Source: Escherichia phage vB_EcoM_LNA2
Length of the DNA: 64,000 nucleotides
Strand: one strand, 5' to 3'
Sequence record: MZ311865.1
The stretch's first letter is position 1; each line of letters begins with the position of its first letter. Shown piece by piece: positions 1 to 10,491 of this stretch. The notes below the pieces were generated by a model. That model worked only from the letters and a program-made list of their open reading frames with translations. It was not told where the DNA came from and did not search any database. Both the position numbers and the translations under genes were made by a program.

Positions 1-371
1 AGTGCAAAACTACGAGACTTAACTGCGTCAAGTGCACCACTACAGAACTCAAGTAAAATTCCCCAGTATTGTAAAGTAGTCTCTATTTTAAGCACATCTT
101 TATCTGCAGCCAGGACAGTTTTCATTTCAGATTTCTCGTATCGGTCCATACTGAATTCATCACCATCACCTCGTCCCGAGTAGTAGTCTAATCTTGCTTT
201 TAGAGCAGTTTTCTTCTGAGTCTCTATACGCAACATTTCTTTACGAATAAATGAGTGCTTACGTAGCCATTTGCTGTATAACTTAACATTATTCGCCGTC
301 TCATATTGCAACTTTGTCGTATCAATAGCTAAGTCTGCGTCTAACTCTTCCTGTAAATCTTCCAGCTTCAT
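1..371 (-). CDS. uvsY: UvsY recombination mediator, 3' end cut by window edge
   Basis: Minus-strand ORF from ATG at 369-371 (MKLEDLQEELDADLAIDTTKLQYE...YSGRGDGDEFSMDRYEKSEMK...) runs off the window start; matches T4 UvsY as I recall it; absent from ORF track because no in-window stop. Confidence 0.8.
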   Translation of the reverse strand, partial: MKLEDLQEELDADLAIDTTKLQYETANNVKLYSKWLRKHSFIRKEMLRIETQKKTALKARLDYYSGRGDGDEFSMDRYEKSEMKTVLAADKDVLKIETTLQYWGILLEFCSGALDAVKSRSFA

Positions 372-451
372 AATGTTCTCTCTTTTAACTAATAATCTCC
401 CGGCTGTATCGGAAGGACCTAAAACCATTATACATAGGTTGCCTTGAAGCA

Positions 452-850
452 TTACACTCTATTGCTTGATGCTAACTGAAGTTTGATTTGTTCGATATCA
501 TCAGGGTTATCTACGACCGAAAATCTAATCTCTACTATAACTGTATAGTCATCATATACTGGCGTTACACTTACAGAAAGTTTGTCGATGCGCGGCTCAT
601 AGTTACGGACGGCTGCCTGGATATTACGCTCAATCGTATCAGCTGTAAGCGGTGTCATGTTCTCGAAAAGTTCATCAACCAAATCGCATCCAAATTCAGG
701 GTCGAAGGGGCGTGAGCCTTTTCTAGTTGTCACTATGCCAAGAAGACTATTTTTAATAGAACGAAGTCCTACAGAACGAGCAACGTCCTTGTTCCAATCC
801 ATACGCATTTCTGGGTCGATATCTGAATAAAGTTTATTGATATTAGACAT
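452..850 (-). CDS. 25: baseplate wedge protein gp25
   Basis: 132 aa, same length as T4 gp25 and near-identical to it as I recall; synteny with 26/51. Confidence 0.9.
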   Translation of the reverse strand: MSNINKLYSDIDPEMRMDWNKDVARSVGLRSIKNSLLGIVTTRKGSRPFDPEFGCDLVDELFENMTPLTADTIERNIQAAVRNYEPRIDKLSVSVTPVYDDYTVIVEIRFSVVDNPDDIEQIKLQLASSNRV

Positions 851-1476
851 TATAATAACTCAAAGAATTCTTTGAGGCCTCGTATTGTGTGAACGTGTGA
901 CGCCCCACATTTGGGACATTTAATAGGGGTTGCCAGATAAATTGACGGCGATACCAAAAGATTTTTAATATTGATCATGTCATCTTCTGTTATAAGGCCG
1001 TAAAGGTCGTTTATTTCTGCTTCAGTTAAATCTTCAACAGGGATGGACTCTCCATTGACAAAAACGGCCTCAATACATGAAGCAATCATTAATGCGATAT
1101 TTTTATCGTCAAATAATTTAGGTTGTCGGAACTTAATTTTAATACCACTAAACGAATACCAGGGGTCGGCCTGTTCATCCAATTGGGTGTGCAATAAATT
1201 CATATAGACTTGAAATGAATGCCCACAGGAACAATTCCAGGTGTGTTCTTGATTCACTTCACCTAACGAATGTGCCCACAGATTTACCAACAATAACTCG
1301 GCTTCTTGTTTAGTCAAGTTTTTAGCATTAGAGCAATTAGTGATAATATTGTTCACTGCGGATTCAATAGTACCGGTAGCCCGCGCACCTATGAGTCCTA
1401 AATATTCTTTTAAAGTAAAGGCTCTACAATTCACTTCTTTATCGCCTAAACGTACGGTAAACGTATATTTGTACAT
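850..1476 (-). CDS. 26: baseplate hub protein gp26
   Basis: 208 aa, T4 gp26 length; sits between 25 and 51 as in T4. Confidence 0.8.
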   Translation of the reverse strand: MYKYTFTVRLGDKEVNCRAFTLKEYLGLIGARATGTIESAVNNIITNCSNAKNLTKQEAELLLVNLWAHSLGEVNQEHTWNCSCGHSFQVYMNLLHTQLDEQADPWYSFSGIKIKFRQPKLFDDKNIALMIASCIEAVFVNGESIPVEDLTEAEINDLYGLITEDDMINIKNLLVSPSIYLATPIKCPKCGASHVHTIRGLKEFFELL

Positions 1477-1494
1477 GTTAACTCCTTTATTGTG

Positions 1495-1506
1495 TATTTA
1501 TAAATA
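1495..1506. promoter_or_regulatory. divergent late promoters (TATAAATA on both strands)
   Basis: Palindromic TATTTATAAATA gives the T4 late-promoter consensus TATAAATA on both strands, about 20 nt upstream of gene 51 (+) and gene 26 (-). Confidence 0.6.
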
Positions 1507-1523
1507 ATAGAAAAGGAGTAATT

Positions 1524-2276
1524 ATGGCTAATATAATTCGTTGTAAATTACCGGATGGTGTTCATCGTTTCAAGCCGTTCACCGTAGCGGATTATAGAGA
1601 CTTTTTACTAGTTAGAAATGATATCGAACATCGTTCGCCACAAGAACAAAAAGAAATAATTGCCGATCTGATTGATGATTATTTTGGCGAGTACCCTAAA
1701 ACATGGCAACCATTTATATTCCTGCAAGTTTTTGCAGGCTCTATAGGCAAAACAAAAGTTCCCGTTATTTTCACTTGCCCTAAATGCTCTAAAGAAAAAA
1801 CTGCACCATTTGAGATATATCAAAAAGAACTAGTCGAACCTGAACTTGATGTTGCTGGTATAAAAATACGTTTTTCTTTCCCTGAAAAGTTTTATGACAA
1901 CAAGGCATTAATGATAAGTGAAAACATAAAAGAAATATATTATAATGACGAATGGTACCCATGGAATGATTTGACTGAAGAGAACCAAATCCAAGTAATA
2001 GAAGCAATAGACATTGACTCGCTCGAGAAGGTTATTGCTTCTATGAATCCTATTAATTTGACCCTTAGATTAGGATGTTGTGAACGACATGTTAAAACAT
2101 ATACTGATATCTTAGAGGTTTTTAAATTGTTAGTTAACCCTGATGAGATTTTTACATTCTATCAGATAAACCATTCACTGGTAAAGAGTCAATACACATT
2201 GGATTCTATTATGCAAATGATTCCTGTTGAACGTGGTATTGCTTTAACATTAGTAGAAAAGGACCATAAAAAATGA
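1524..2276 (+). CDS. 51: baseplate hub assembly catalyst gp51
   Basis: 250 aa; position and size match T4 gp51; SD AAGGAG upstream. Confidence 0.8.
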   Translation: MANIIRCKLPDGVHRFKPFTVADYRDFLLVRNDIEHRSPQEQKEIIADLIDDYFGEYPKTWQPFIFLQVFAGSIGKTKVPVIFTCPKCSKEKTAPFEIYQKELVEPELDVAGIKIRFSFPEKFYDNKALMISENIKEIYYNDEWYPWNDLTEENQIQVIEAIDIDSLEKVIASMNPINLTLRLGCCERHVKTYTDILEVFKLLVNPDEIFTFYQINHSLVKSQYTLDSIMQMIPVERGIALTLVEKDHKK

Positions 2277-3445
2277 AAGTATTCCAACGTCCAGGATATC
2301 CTAACTTAAGCGTTAAATTATACCAAGATTATTCGGCTTGGCAAGAAAATAGATACGTTGAACTCGCGGCAACAATAACAACTTTAACCATGCGAGATTC
2401 GCTATATGGAAGAAATGAAGGGATTCTTCAATTTTATGACACTAAAAACATCCACACTAAAATGGACGGTAGACAGATAGTTCAAATCTCTGTTTCAAAT
2501 TCAAACACACCTCTCCAAGTTAGAACTCGAATTTATGGATGTAGACATTATTCTGTGTCTGTGGACTCAAAAGGTGACAATATTATTGCAATTGAGCTTG
2601 GAACAATACATTCTATAGAGAACCTTAAATTTGGGCGACCATTCTTCCCGGACGCAGGCGAATCTATACGTGAAATGTTAGGTGTCATATACAAAGACCG
2701 TGCGTTAATTACTCCGCCAATAAACACTATTAATGCTTATGTTCCTGATATTCCTTGGACAAGCACATTTGATGATTATTTGGCATATGTCAGAGAATTA
2801 GGACTTGCTACAGCGAGTGATAAGTTCGTATTCGTATGGCAAGATATTTTAGGCGTAAACATGATTGACTATGATACTCTTATTGGTCAGGAAGGCATTA
2901 AGATGATTGTAGGCGAGCCAAATACTGTAGGTCAGTATATTCAAGAGCTTGAGTATCCATTAGTATGGGATTTCACCTGGATGACTAAAGCTAACCAATT
3001 TACAAGAGACCCTATTAAAAACGCCACGATATTCGCTCATTCATTTTTAGATACATCTATTCCGGTTATTGTTACAGGCGATGGTGATAACGCTATTCTT
3101 GTGTCAAGATCTGGTGGATATTCCGAAATGACCTATCGTAATGGATTTGAAGAAGCAAGTCGTCTTCAGACAATGGCTCAATATGACGGATATGCTAAAT
3201 GCACTACTACAGGTAATTTTAACATAACGCCTGCTACTAAAATTATATTTGTTGACCAAAAGAACCAATTCAAATCCGAATTTTACGTAGATGAAGTTAT
3301 TCATGAGTTATCAAATAACAACTCACAAACTCATCTGTACATGTTTACCAACTCAATGGTGTTAGAACCTGTTAACCCAGTTAAGGTTAAAAATGAACTT
3401 AAATCTGATTCTACCTCTAAAGAAAATAATTCTACCACAGTCTAA
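2273..3445 (+). CDS. 27: baseplate hub protein gp27
   Basis: 390 aa (T4 gp27 391 aa); ATGA overlap with gene 51; synteny. Confidence 0.85.
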   Translation: MKVFQRPGYPNLSVKLYQDYSAWQENRYVELAATITTLTMRDSLYGRNEGILQFYDTKNIHTKMDGRQIVQISVSNSNTPLQVRTRIYGCRHYSVSVDSKGDNIIAIELGTIHSIENLKFGRPFFPDAGESIREMLGVIYKDRALITPPINTINAYVPDIPWTSTFDDYLAYVRELGLATASDKFVFVWQDILGVNMIDYDTLIGQEGIKMIVGEPNTVGQYIQELEYPLVWDFTWMTKANQFTRDPIKNATIFAHSFLDTSIPVIVTGDGDNAILVSRSGGYSEMTYRNGFEEASRLQTMAQYDGYAKCTTTGNFNITPATKIIFVDQKNQFKSEFYVDEVIHELSNNNSQTHLYMFTNSMVLEPVNPVKVKNELKSDSTSKENNSTTV

Positions 3446-3926
3446 TAAAAAGGTAATGATTCCTAAATTAGGGCTCAAACATTATAATCTTTTAAAGGAC
3501 GTTAAAGGCCCTGATGAAAACATGAAAATCTTAGCTGATTCTATTTGTAAAAATATGAGTCCCGCAGATTTTGATTTTGCATGTCTACACATATTGGAAT
3601 TTAATAACAAACTTAAGTCTGAAGTTGAAAAAGATGGATTCACTTATAAACTAGATGACGTCTATGTATGCCAACGAACAGAATTCCAATTTCAAGGTAA
3701 TACTTTTTATTTTAGACCCCCAGGCAAATTTGAACAATTCGCTACAATCAGTGAAATGCTATCAAATTGCTTAATAAAAGTTAATGACGAAGAGAAAGAA
3801 ATTTCTTTCCTTGAGATGCCTGCTTTTGTAATCAAATGGGCAGAAGACCTTTCGACAACTATTGCTATTCCGGGCCCTAATGGTCCTATTAAGGGTATAG
3901 CAGAAATTATTGGATTGCTTGAATGA
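3393..3926 (+). CDS. 28: baseplate hub distal protein gp28
   Basis: 177 aa, T4 gp28 length; overlaps 3' end of gene 27 as in T4. Confidence 0.8.
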   Translation: MNLNLILPLKKIILPQSNKKVMIPKLGLKHYNLLKDVKGPDENMKILADSICKNMSPADFDFACLHILEFNNKLKSEVEKDGFTYKLDDVYVCQRTEFQFQGNTFYFRPPGKFEQFATISEMLSNCLIKVNDEEKEISFLEMPAFVIKWAEDLSTTIAIPGPNGPIKGIAEIIGLLE

Positions 3927-5695
3927 AACCTGAAGAAATGAAATCCATGCGTAGAAATAAGGTCATTGCCGATAATAAACCACAAAAAGTAGCTGCAACA
4001 GCAGCTACCGATTCATTAGAAGCATTGAATGACATTTCATCAAAACTAGACGATGTCCAAGCCGCGTCTGAACTCACATCACAAAGTGTAGAAGATAAAG
4101 GCAATGGAATTATTGAATCAATTGGAGACTTAAAGAATTCGACAGATAATACTGCTGAAGGCACAGAGCTTATCGCAGAAGTTATTGAAAAACAAACTGA
4201 AGTCACTAAAAGTATAAACGAAGTTTCTAGTGCAATAAGCTCTAAGTTAGACCGATTAGCTACATTATTAGAGCAAAAATTACAAGCATCTACCGCTATT
4301 CAAAATACAGGAGGCACCTCTCTTGAAGTAATTGAGAACGCGATACCTGTTAAAGTGGTTGAGAATGAAACTTCTGATGAGTTGTTTAAAGCATTACCTA
4401 CACCTGAAAAGATTGATAATAAGCCAGACGAAGATTTCTTCCCAACACCGGTTCAAGAAAGTGCTAATTCTACTTCCGATTCTAAAGGCGGAATTAGCTT
4501 TAAATTGAGCGATAAAATTGCAATGCTCACCAAAACAGTTCAAACCGGGTTTAATAAATCAATATCAATTTCAGACAGAATTGCTGGAATGCTTTTCAAA
4601 TACACTATAACAGCTGCTATTGAAGCAGCAAAAATGGCCGCACTTATTCTTGGTATTGTTATCGGTATTGATTTATTGATAGTCCATTTCAAATATTGGA
4701 CAGACAAGTTCACTTCTGCCTGGGATTTATTTGATGAAAACTTTACTAAATTCTCCGATGAAGCTAAAGAGTGGGGTAAATTCTTAAGCGATATATTCAC
4801 CTCTGTTGACTCGATAAAACAATTATGGGAAGCTGGAGACTGGGGTGGTTTAACCGTTGCTATTGTCAAAGGTGTAGGAACAGCATTAATGAACTTAGGT
4901 GAACTAATTCAATTAGGAATGGCTAAACTCTCCGCGTCTATATTGCGTGCTATAGGTTTTGGCGATACGGCGGACGAAATAGAAGGACGTGCTTTAGAAG
5001 GATTCCAAGAAACTACTGGGAACAAATTAAAGAAAGAAGACCAAGAGAAAGTCGCTAAATATCAAATGAAGCGTGACGATGGGGAATTAGGAACCGTTTC
5101 TAAAGGTCTTGATATGTTACAACGCGGCAAAACATTCGTTACTAACTGGGTTCGTGGTAATGACAATAAAGAAGAGTTTAGTACAAGCGATGAGCGTGCT
5201 GCGGAATCAGCAAAATTAAAAGAGCTACCTGAAGAGGAGCGTAAAGAGGCATATATAAAAGCTAATGAAACTCGTGCGGCACTGGTTAGATTTGAGGATT
5301 ATATCGATAAAATCGATATGACTAATCCGGAAAATGCTAAAAACGTCGAGAAGTCTTATGCTGATTTAAGTAAACTTATTAAAGACCCTGAACTTAATAA
5401 AACTCCTGTTGTTAAAAAGGAAATAGACGCTAGATTTGAAAAGCTAAATAATAAAATGGCTGAAGCCAAAAAGGCTCAGACAACAGTTAAGCCTGAATCT
5501 TCGTCTAAATCTCCAGAAGCAAAACAAGTTCAGTCAATAGAGAAAGGACGTGCTTCTGAATCTAAACAACAGCAACCGGTAGCGGCGATTAGTAACACAA
5601 ATAATGTCGTCAAAAAGAATACCGTAGTCCAGAATATGACCCCTGTAACAAGTACAACGGCTCCTGGAATTTTCCATGCCACCGGTGTTAATTAA
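3923..5695 (+). CDS. 29: baseplate hub / tail length determinator gp29
   Basis: 590 aa, T4 gp29 length; extended low-complexity charged regions typical of tape-measure-like gp29. Confidence 0.85.
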   Translation: MKPEEMKSMRRNKVIADNKPQKVAATAATDSLEALNDISSKLDDVQAASELTSQSVEDKGNGIIESIGDLKNSTDNTAEGTELIAEVIEKQTEVTKSINEVSSAISSKLDRLATLLEQKLQASTAIQNTGGTSLEVIENAIPVKVVENETSDELFKALPTPEKIDNKPDEDFFPTPVQESANSTSDSKGGISFKLSDKIAMLTKTVQTGFNKSISISDRIAGMLFKYTITAAIEAAKMAALILGIVIGIDLLIVHFKYWTDKFTSAWDLFDENFTKFSDEAKEWGKFLSDIFTSVDSIKQLWEAGDWGGLTVAIVKGVGTALMNLGELIQLGMAKLSASILRAIGFGDTADEIEGRALEGFQETTGNKLKKEDQEKVAKYQMKRDDGELGTVSKGLDMLQRGKTFVTNWVRGNDNKEEFSTSDERAAESAKLKELPEEERKEAYIKANETRAALVRFEDYIDKIDMTNPENAKNVEKSYADLSKLIKDPELNKTPVVKKEIDARFEKLNNKMAEAKKAQTTVKPESSSKSPEAKQVQSIEKGRASESKQQQPVAAISNTNNVVKKNTVVQNMTPVTSTTAPGIFHATGVN

Positions 5696-5703
5696 GGATT
5701 ATT

Positions 5704-6813
5704 ATGATTAGTGTAAAAGAAATAGTAGTAGATGCAAAGGATTTAAATAAAGCAATCCCAGTCTCAGAAAGTGCTGGGCAAAGCACTAAAACCGAAACAA
5801 CTACTAAAACTTATGTTGCTCAATTTCCTACAGGAAGAGCAGCCGGAAATGACTCCACAGGAGACTTCCAGGTAACAGACCTTTATAAGAATGGATTATT
5901 ATTTACCGCGTACAATATGTCTGCACGCGATTCAGGATCCCTCAGGAATTTACGTCCGGCATACGCCGGGACTTCATCTAATGGTATCATATCAGATTTA
6001 ACCGATAATGTGAAAGATGCAGTGACTAAATTCTCAAACGGATTGCTTCCTGCTGGAGCTAATAAATCTACCATAAATAAAACTCCTGTTGCCAATATCC
6101 TTTTGCCACGTTCCAAATCTGACGTTGATACAACTTCACATCGTTTTAATGATATCGGTGATAGTCTTATTACTAAAGGTGGAGGTACTGCTACGGGTGT
6201 TTTAAGTAACATTGCTTCTACTGCAGTCTTTGGTGCATTAGATTCTATTACCCAAGGGCTTATGGCTGATAATAACGAACAGATTTATACGACTTCTCGT
6301 AGTATGTATGGTGGTGCTGAGAACCGTACTAAAGTCTTTACATGGGATTTAACTCCGCGTTCAACTGAAGACCTTATGGCTATTATAAACATTTACCAGT
6401 ATTTTAACTATTTCTCATATGGTGAGACAGGTAAATCACAATACGCCCAAGAGATTAAAAGTTATTTAGACGAATGGTACCGTTCAACGTTTATTGAGCC
6501 TATGACACCAGATGATGCAGTAAAAAATAAGACATTGTTTGAAAAGATTACTGCGTCATTAACAAATGTATTAGTTGTAAGTAACCCTACAATTTGGATG
6601 GTTAAAAACTTTGGTTATACATCTAAATTTGACGGGTTAACTGATGTATTTGGCCCATGTCAAATTCAAAGCGTACGTTTTGATAAAACTCCAAATGGAC
6701 AATTTAATGGTCTCGCTGTTGCTCCTAACTTACCATCAACATTTACGTTAGAGATAACAATGCGAGAAATTATTACATTAAACCGTTCTTCACTTTATGC
6801 GGGGACTTTCTAA
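5704..6813 (+). CDS. 48: baseplate tail-tube junction protein gp48
   Basis: 369 aa; synteny 29-48-54. Confidence 0.85.
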   Translation: MISVKEIVVDAKDLNKAIPVSESAGQSTKTETTTKTYVAQFPTGRAAGNDSTGDFQVTDLYKNGLLFTAYNMSARDSGSLRNLRPAYAGTSSNGIISDLTDNVKDAVTKFSNGLLPAGANKSTINKTPVANILLPRSKSDVDTTSHRFNDIGDSLITKGGGTATGVLSNIASTAVFGALDSITQGLMADNNEQIYTTSRSMYGGAENRTKVFTWDLTPRSTEDLMAIINIYQYFNYFSYGETGKSQYAQEIKSYLDEWYRSTFIEPMTPDDAVKNKTLFEKITASLTNVLVVSNPTIWMVKNFGYTSKFDGLTDVFGPCQIQSVRFDKTPNGQFNGLAVAPNLPSTFTLEITMREIITLNRSSLYAGTF

Positions 6814-7775
6814 TGTACTCTTTAGAAGAATTTAATAACCAAGCTATAAATGCAGATTTCCAACGAAACAATATGTTTAGTTGTGTATTTGCTACTACAC
6901 CGTCGACCAAATCGTCTTCACTAATTTCGTCAATTGGTAGTTTTGCTTATAATAACTTAGGGTTGGATTCCGATTGGCTAGGATTAACTCAAGGTGATAT
7001 CAATCAGGGCGTAACAACCCTGATTACGGCAGGAACACAGAAATTAATTCGAAAATCAGGTATAAGTAAATATCTGATTGGAGCAATGAGTCAACGTACG
7101 GTACAAAGCTTGTTAGGTGAGTTCACAGTAGGAGCTTATCTGATAGACTTCTTCAATATGGCATATAATAATACAGGTTTAATGATTTATTCTGTAAAAA
7201 TGCCTGAGAACCGATTATCTTATGAAACGGATTTCAACTATAACTCACCGAACATCCGAATTACCGGCCGAGAAATGGACCCATTAGTAATAAGCTTTAG
7301 AATGGATTCCGAAGCATCTAACTTTAGAGCAATGCAAGACTGGGTAAACTCAGTCCAAGACCCTGTAACAGGTCTTCGCGCTTTACCACAAGACGTCGAA
7401 GCAGATATTCAGGTTAATTTACATGCGCGAAATGGTTTACCACATACCGCTGTCATGTTCACTGGTTGTATTCCTGTTAGTGTCTCTTCTCCTGAGTTAA
7501 CGTATGATGGTGATAATCAAATAACAGTTTTTGATGTAACATTTGCTTATCGCGTTATGCAATCAGGTGCTGTAAATAGACAGGCTGCTTTAGAATGGTT
7601 GGAATCAGGACTTATTAGTAGTGTTTCAGGAATGTTTGGAAATAATCAGAATGATTCTGGTCTAGGAAGTGCAGTATCAAGACTTTCTAGATTAGGTGGG
7701 ACTGCTGGAGGTGTGTCTAATATAAACACATTGACAGGTGTGGTGAATTCTGCGTCAAGAGTTTTAGGACTATAA
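6813..7775 (+). CDS. 54: baseplate tail-tube initiator gp54
   Basis: 320 aa, T4 gp54 length; ATGT/TAATG junction with gene 48. Confidence 0.85.
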   Translation: MYSLEEFNNQAINADFQRNNMFSCVFATTPSTKSSSLISSIGSFAYNNLGLDSDWLGLTQGDINQGVTTLITAGTQKLIRKSGISKYLIGAMSQRTVQSLLGEFTVGAYLIDFFNMAYNNTGLMIYSVKMPENRLSYETDFNYNSPNIRITGREMDPLVISFRMDSEASNFRAMQDWVNSVQDPVTGLRALPQDVEADIQVNLHARNGLPHTAVMFTGCIPVSVSSPELTYDGDNQITVFDVTFAYRVMQSGAVNRQAALEWLESGLISSVSGMFGNNQNDSGLGSAVSRLSRLGGTAGGVSNINTLTGVVNSASRVLGL

Positions 7776-7780
7776 GAAAA

Positions 7781-7799
7781 AGGGAGACGTTGTCTCCCT
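7781..7799. terminator. bidirectional hairpin terminator between gene 54 (+) and alt-side genes (-)
   Basis: AGGGAGAC-gtt-GTCTCCCT perfect stem followed by T-run, between convergent genes. Confidence 0.6.
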
Positions 7800-7807
7800 T
7801 TAGGGGT

Positions 7808-8101
7808 TTATTTACGGAATGAAAGGAATGCTGGTGCTCGGAATGGAGTATCATCTTTAGAGTATTTAACTAATACGACCATTGGTACCTCTGTTTCTAA
7901 ATGACCTGTCACTACACCGACAAAAATTTGATCAGTGTGCTCAGGGTCGCGAAAGTTTTTAAGAGGTTCCATAGCAATATGGAATGCACCTGGGAATACT
8001 CGATTCAATTCTTCAATCACAGCTTCGTTAAAAACATCATCTGCCGGGATAACATCTTCAACTACTAGTTCTTGACCATTAAAGCGAAGCATAGATTTCA
8101 T
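7808..8101 (-). CDS. hypothetical protein downstream of alt (alt.-1-like position)
   Basis: Track ORF 7808..8173 overlaps alt 3' end; internal ATG at 8099-8101 preceded by GAGGA gives 97 aa (MKSMLRFNG...). Confidence 0.45.
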   Translation of the reverse strand: MKSMLRFNGQELVVEDVIPADDVFNEAVIEELNRVFPGAFHIAMEPLKNFRDPEHTDQIFVGVVTGHLETEVPMVVLVKYSKDDTPFRAPAFLSFRK

Positions 8102-8130
8102 AACGTTTTCCTCATGTTGTTGATTGGATG

Positions 8131-8160
8131 ATAGTATCACACATCCATGTGTTTGTAAAC
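8131..8160 (-). promoter_or_regulatory. early-type promoter cassette (GTTTAC -35, TACTAT -10, hairpin around -10) inside alt 3' end
   Basis: Minus-strand reading GTTTAC-18nt-TACTAT with inverted repeat GGATG...CATCC flanking the -10, followed by GAGG RBS and ATG. Confidence 0.5.
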
Positions 8161-10247
8161 TATCCTTGGACAAATTTAAACGGAACTGATTCTAAATCCA
8201 TTAAAGATGCTAACAATTTCAAACCTTTAGGTGCACTAGTTTTTTCTACAAATGAGGCAAAAGATACCGGCTCATCTGATTCGATTTCACCAGTCATAGC
8301 AACTACCTCGCCTGTTTCCATGAGAACATCACCATCGTAAATGACAGCTTCGTCCAACTGGTCCGAGGACATGACTTCAGCTTGAATAAATTTAAGGTTG
8401 GATTCTAAACCTGCACCGGTGTCAGATGACGCATCTGTAATTTTATTTATCTGCAAGAGAATGCCTCTAGGCAAAATAATTTCTTGCTCATTAGGGTGAT
8501 TACTCAACTGTCCTGGATAAATCACGTTAACTTTATGGGCACCATCAATAGCCCATCCAACGTTAACACGGATTTGTTCTGGTGCATGCATAGCTGTTCT
8601 TACTTGACTAGGAGAAATAGTAACACCTTCGTCATTATTATCAATGTTAAGCTCTTTGCGAACTTCTTCAGGAGCAAGTCCAAGGGCAACGTTCTCTTTA
8701 AACCCGCCGAAAATAATAGGAGCTAGTGAAGTGGAAACATAGTTTCTGAAGTAGAATACCTTATTTTTAACCATTGCTTCGTAAATAGGCATTCTGATAG
8801 ACTGGGCTCTATACAACGTTAGTCCTTCAGGTAAACGGTCTCCATTTAAAAACGCCGAATCAAGACCATCAATAGCGCGTTTAACTTCATCTTCATCTGC
8901 AACATCATAAAAATCCGGTTTATAACGGCCTAACAACATATTATTGATATCGGTATACGCAGAAGAGGCATATTCGCGAATAGCTCGTTTTTCAGCAACA
9001 GAGTATTGTTTAGGGTCCCGATTCATTGTTATATTAAAGGTGCCTCTAGCCGATTCCCGTGCATAAGTATACATCACATTAGACAAGAACGCTGATTTAC
9101 GTTGTTTCCAAGTTCTTTCAGATACTTCAGCTAAAACGTCGTCGGGCAGTTGGAAATTATCACGTCTAAAATCTTCAAACCATTCGTCTTTAATAGAGTC
9201 TGCAATTTCATTTGCAGCTTCAACAAAAGCAGCTAATGCTTTAACAGATGTTGTTTTTTCAGTTTTAATTTTCTTAGCAAACTTTTCTAAAGTTGGCTTA
9301 ATAACACTACCATAAGAAACTTCATCGGCAAATCTAAAGGATTCATCAATACGATTATAAATCTTATTTTCGATATCAGCAACTAAAGTGCCTTTTGCTG
9401 TGGACGATGCTTGGGCTAGTACGATTTCATATGCTTCAGGAAGTAATTCGGCTGTAGCTGGGCCGCTAACTTCTTTAGCAGAATTTTCGTATTTCTGGAA
9501 TAACTCACCTTCTTGACGGTCAGCTTCTAAAGATTGACTTGCTGCAATAGCACGACGAGAAATTTTAGTACGAGCAATAACAGGCTTATCTTTACGTTTT
9601 TCTTCTACAGCAGCAATAGAACCAGCGATAGCCGTTTCTTTGGTGACCATTTCGCCAGTCTTTTTACTCACATAAACTTCGCCAACATCAGAATCTACTT
9701 TCGTGTACAACTCTGTGTTAATGTTAGGGATGCCTTTAATATCTTCAATGTTAGCATTTTTACGAACCATCATCACATAGGTGTGTTTACCTGTGAATTG
9801 ATACATTGCCGACAATACTTTAAAACGACCACCGGTTTTAGTAGAAACTAAACGAGCAAGAAGAGTTTGAAGTTGTTGTCCGCGTCCTTTCAATTTCTTG
9901 GTAGGGAATCGGAACAGAACTGCATCCATACGAAGAGCTTTAACCTGTTCATATACTGTATTGAAAATGGTGTTGATTGCATCAATAGGAGCAGGACCAA
10001 GGCCATTTTTCAATTCAGCGAGATTACCCTTTTCAGACAGACTCATAATAACAACATGAGCGTATTTGTCGCCAAGTTTAACTTGTTTTACAGCATCGCC
10101 TTCAGAAAGGTAAGAGAATAAGCGAACTACGATGTTTGTATCAACATCACCAATTTTCCAGACTTGTGGAACTTTAGCTTTAGGGTTCAAATTGACGACA
10201 GGAAGACTGCCTTCAGATTCAAACACTTCATTTAATTGTTCAGACAT
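8160..10247 (-). CDS. alt: Alt ADP-ribosyltransferase (head-packaged)
   Basis: 695 aa (T4 Alt 682 aa); position between gene 54 and DNA ligase as in T4. Confidence 0.85.
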   Translation of the reverse strand: MSEQLNEVFESEGSLPVVNLNPKAKVPQVWKIGDVDTNIVVRLFSYLSEGDAVKQVKLGDKYAHVVIMSLSEKGNLAELKNGLGPAPIDAINTIFNTVYEQVKALRMDAVLFRFPTKKLKGRGQQLQTLLARLVSTKTGGRFKVLSAMYQFTGKHTYVMMVRKNANIEDIKGIPNINTELYTKVDSDVGEVYVSKKTGEMVTKETAIAGSIAAVEEKRKDKPVIARTKISRRAIAASQSLEADRQEGELFQKYENSAKEVSGPATAELLPEAYEIVLAQASSTAKGTLVADIENKIYNRIDESFRFADEVSYGSVIKPTLEKFAKKIKTEKTTSVKALAAFVEAANEIADSIKDEWFEDFRRDNFQLPDDVLAEVSERTWKQRKSAFLSNVMYTYARESARGTFNITMNRDPKQYSVAEKRAIREYASSAYTDINNMLLGRYKPDFYDVADEDEVKRAIDGLDSAFLNGDRLPEGLTLYRAQSIRMPIYEAMVKNKVFYFRNYVSTSLAPIIFGGFKENVALGLAPEEVRKELNIDNNDEGVTISPSQVRTAMHAPEQIRVNVGWAIDGAHKVNVIYPGQLSNHPNEQEIILPRGILLQINKITDASSDTGAGLESNLKFIQAEVMSSDQLDEAVIYDGDVLMETGEVVAMTGEIESDEPVSFASFVEKTSAPKGLKLLASLMDLESVPFKFVQG

Positions 10248-10287
10248 AGTGTTTTCCTTTTAGTAATAATTTATATTTATGCCAAAA

Positions 10288-10303
10288 AGAGCCCGAAGGC
10301 TCT
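10288..10303 (-). terminator. UUCG-tetraloop hairpin
   Basis: AGAGCC-cgaa-GGCTCT on plus strand (UUCG loop in minus-strand RNA), just upstream of alt RBS. Confidence 0.5.
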
Positions 10304-10491
10304 TAATCCACAATCGGGAGCAAAGTACGATAAACTTCAAAATTAGGGCCTTTTTCGTACTTATCAAAATTGTCCATAAAAATATTATAGGAATCGTTAT
10401 TAGGAAAATCTAATATAATCTGAGAGCAAGAGGTGGAAACATCTCCACCATCCTTCTTAGCTACAATAACTGTTTCTAAATAAGCTTTCAT
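10303..10491 (-). CDS. hypothetical small protein
   Basis: Track ORF 10303..10512; likely start at internal Met (MKAYLETVIV...) overlapping the ligase stop. Confidence 0.35.
   Translation of the reverse strand: MKAYLETVIVAKKDGGDVSTSCSQIILDFPNNDSYNIFMDNFDKYEKGPNFEVYRTLLPIVD

Noticed and set aside
488-715. 75-aa plus-strand ORF antisense to gene 25
   Set aside because: Entirely embedded antisense within a well-supported conserved gene; no RBS; typical spurious ORF.
1608-2007. Two minus-strand ORFs (71 and 72 aa) inside gene 51
   Set aside because: Embedded antisense in a conserved coding region, low-complexity hydrophobic translations.
10261-10285. Possible late promoter upstream of alt (AATTTATATTTATG)
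   Set aside because: No exact TATAAATA on the coding strand; only near-matches, so not called.
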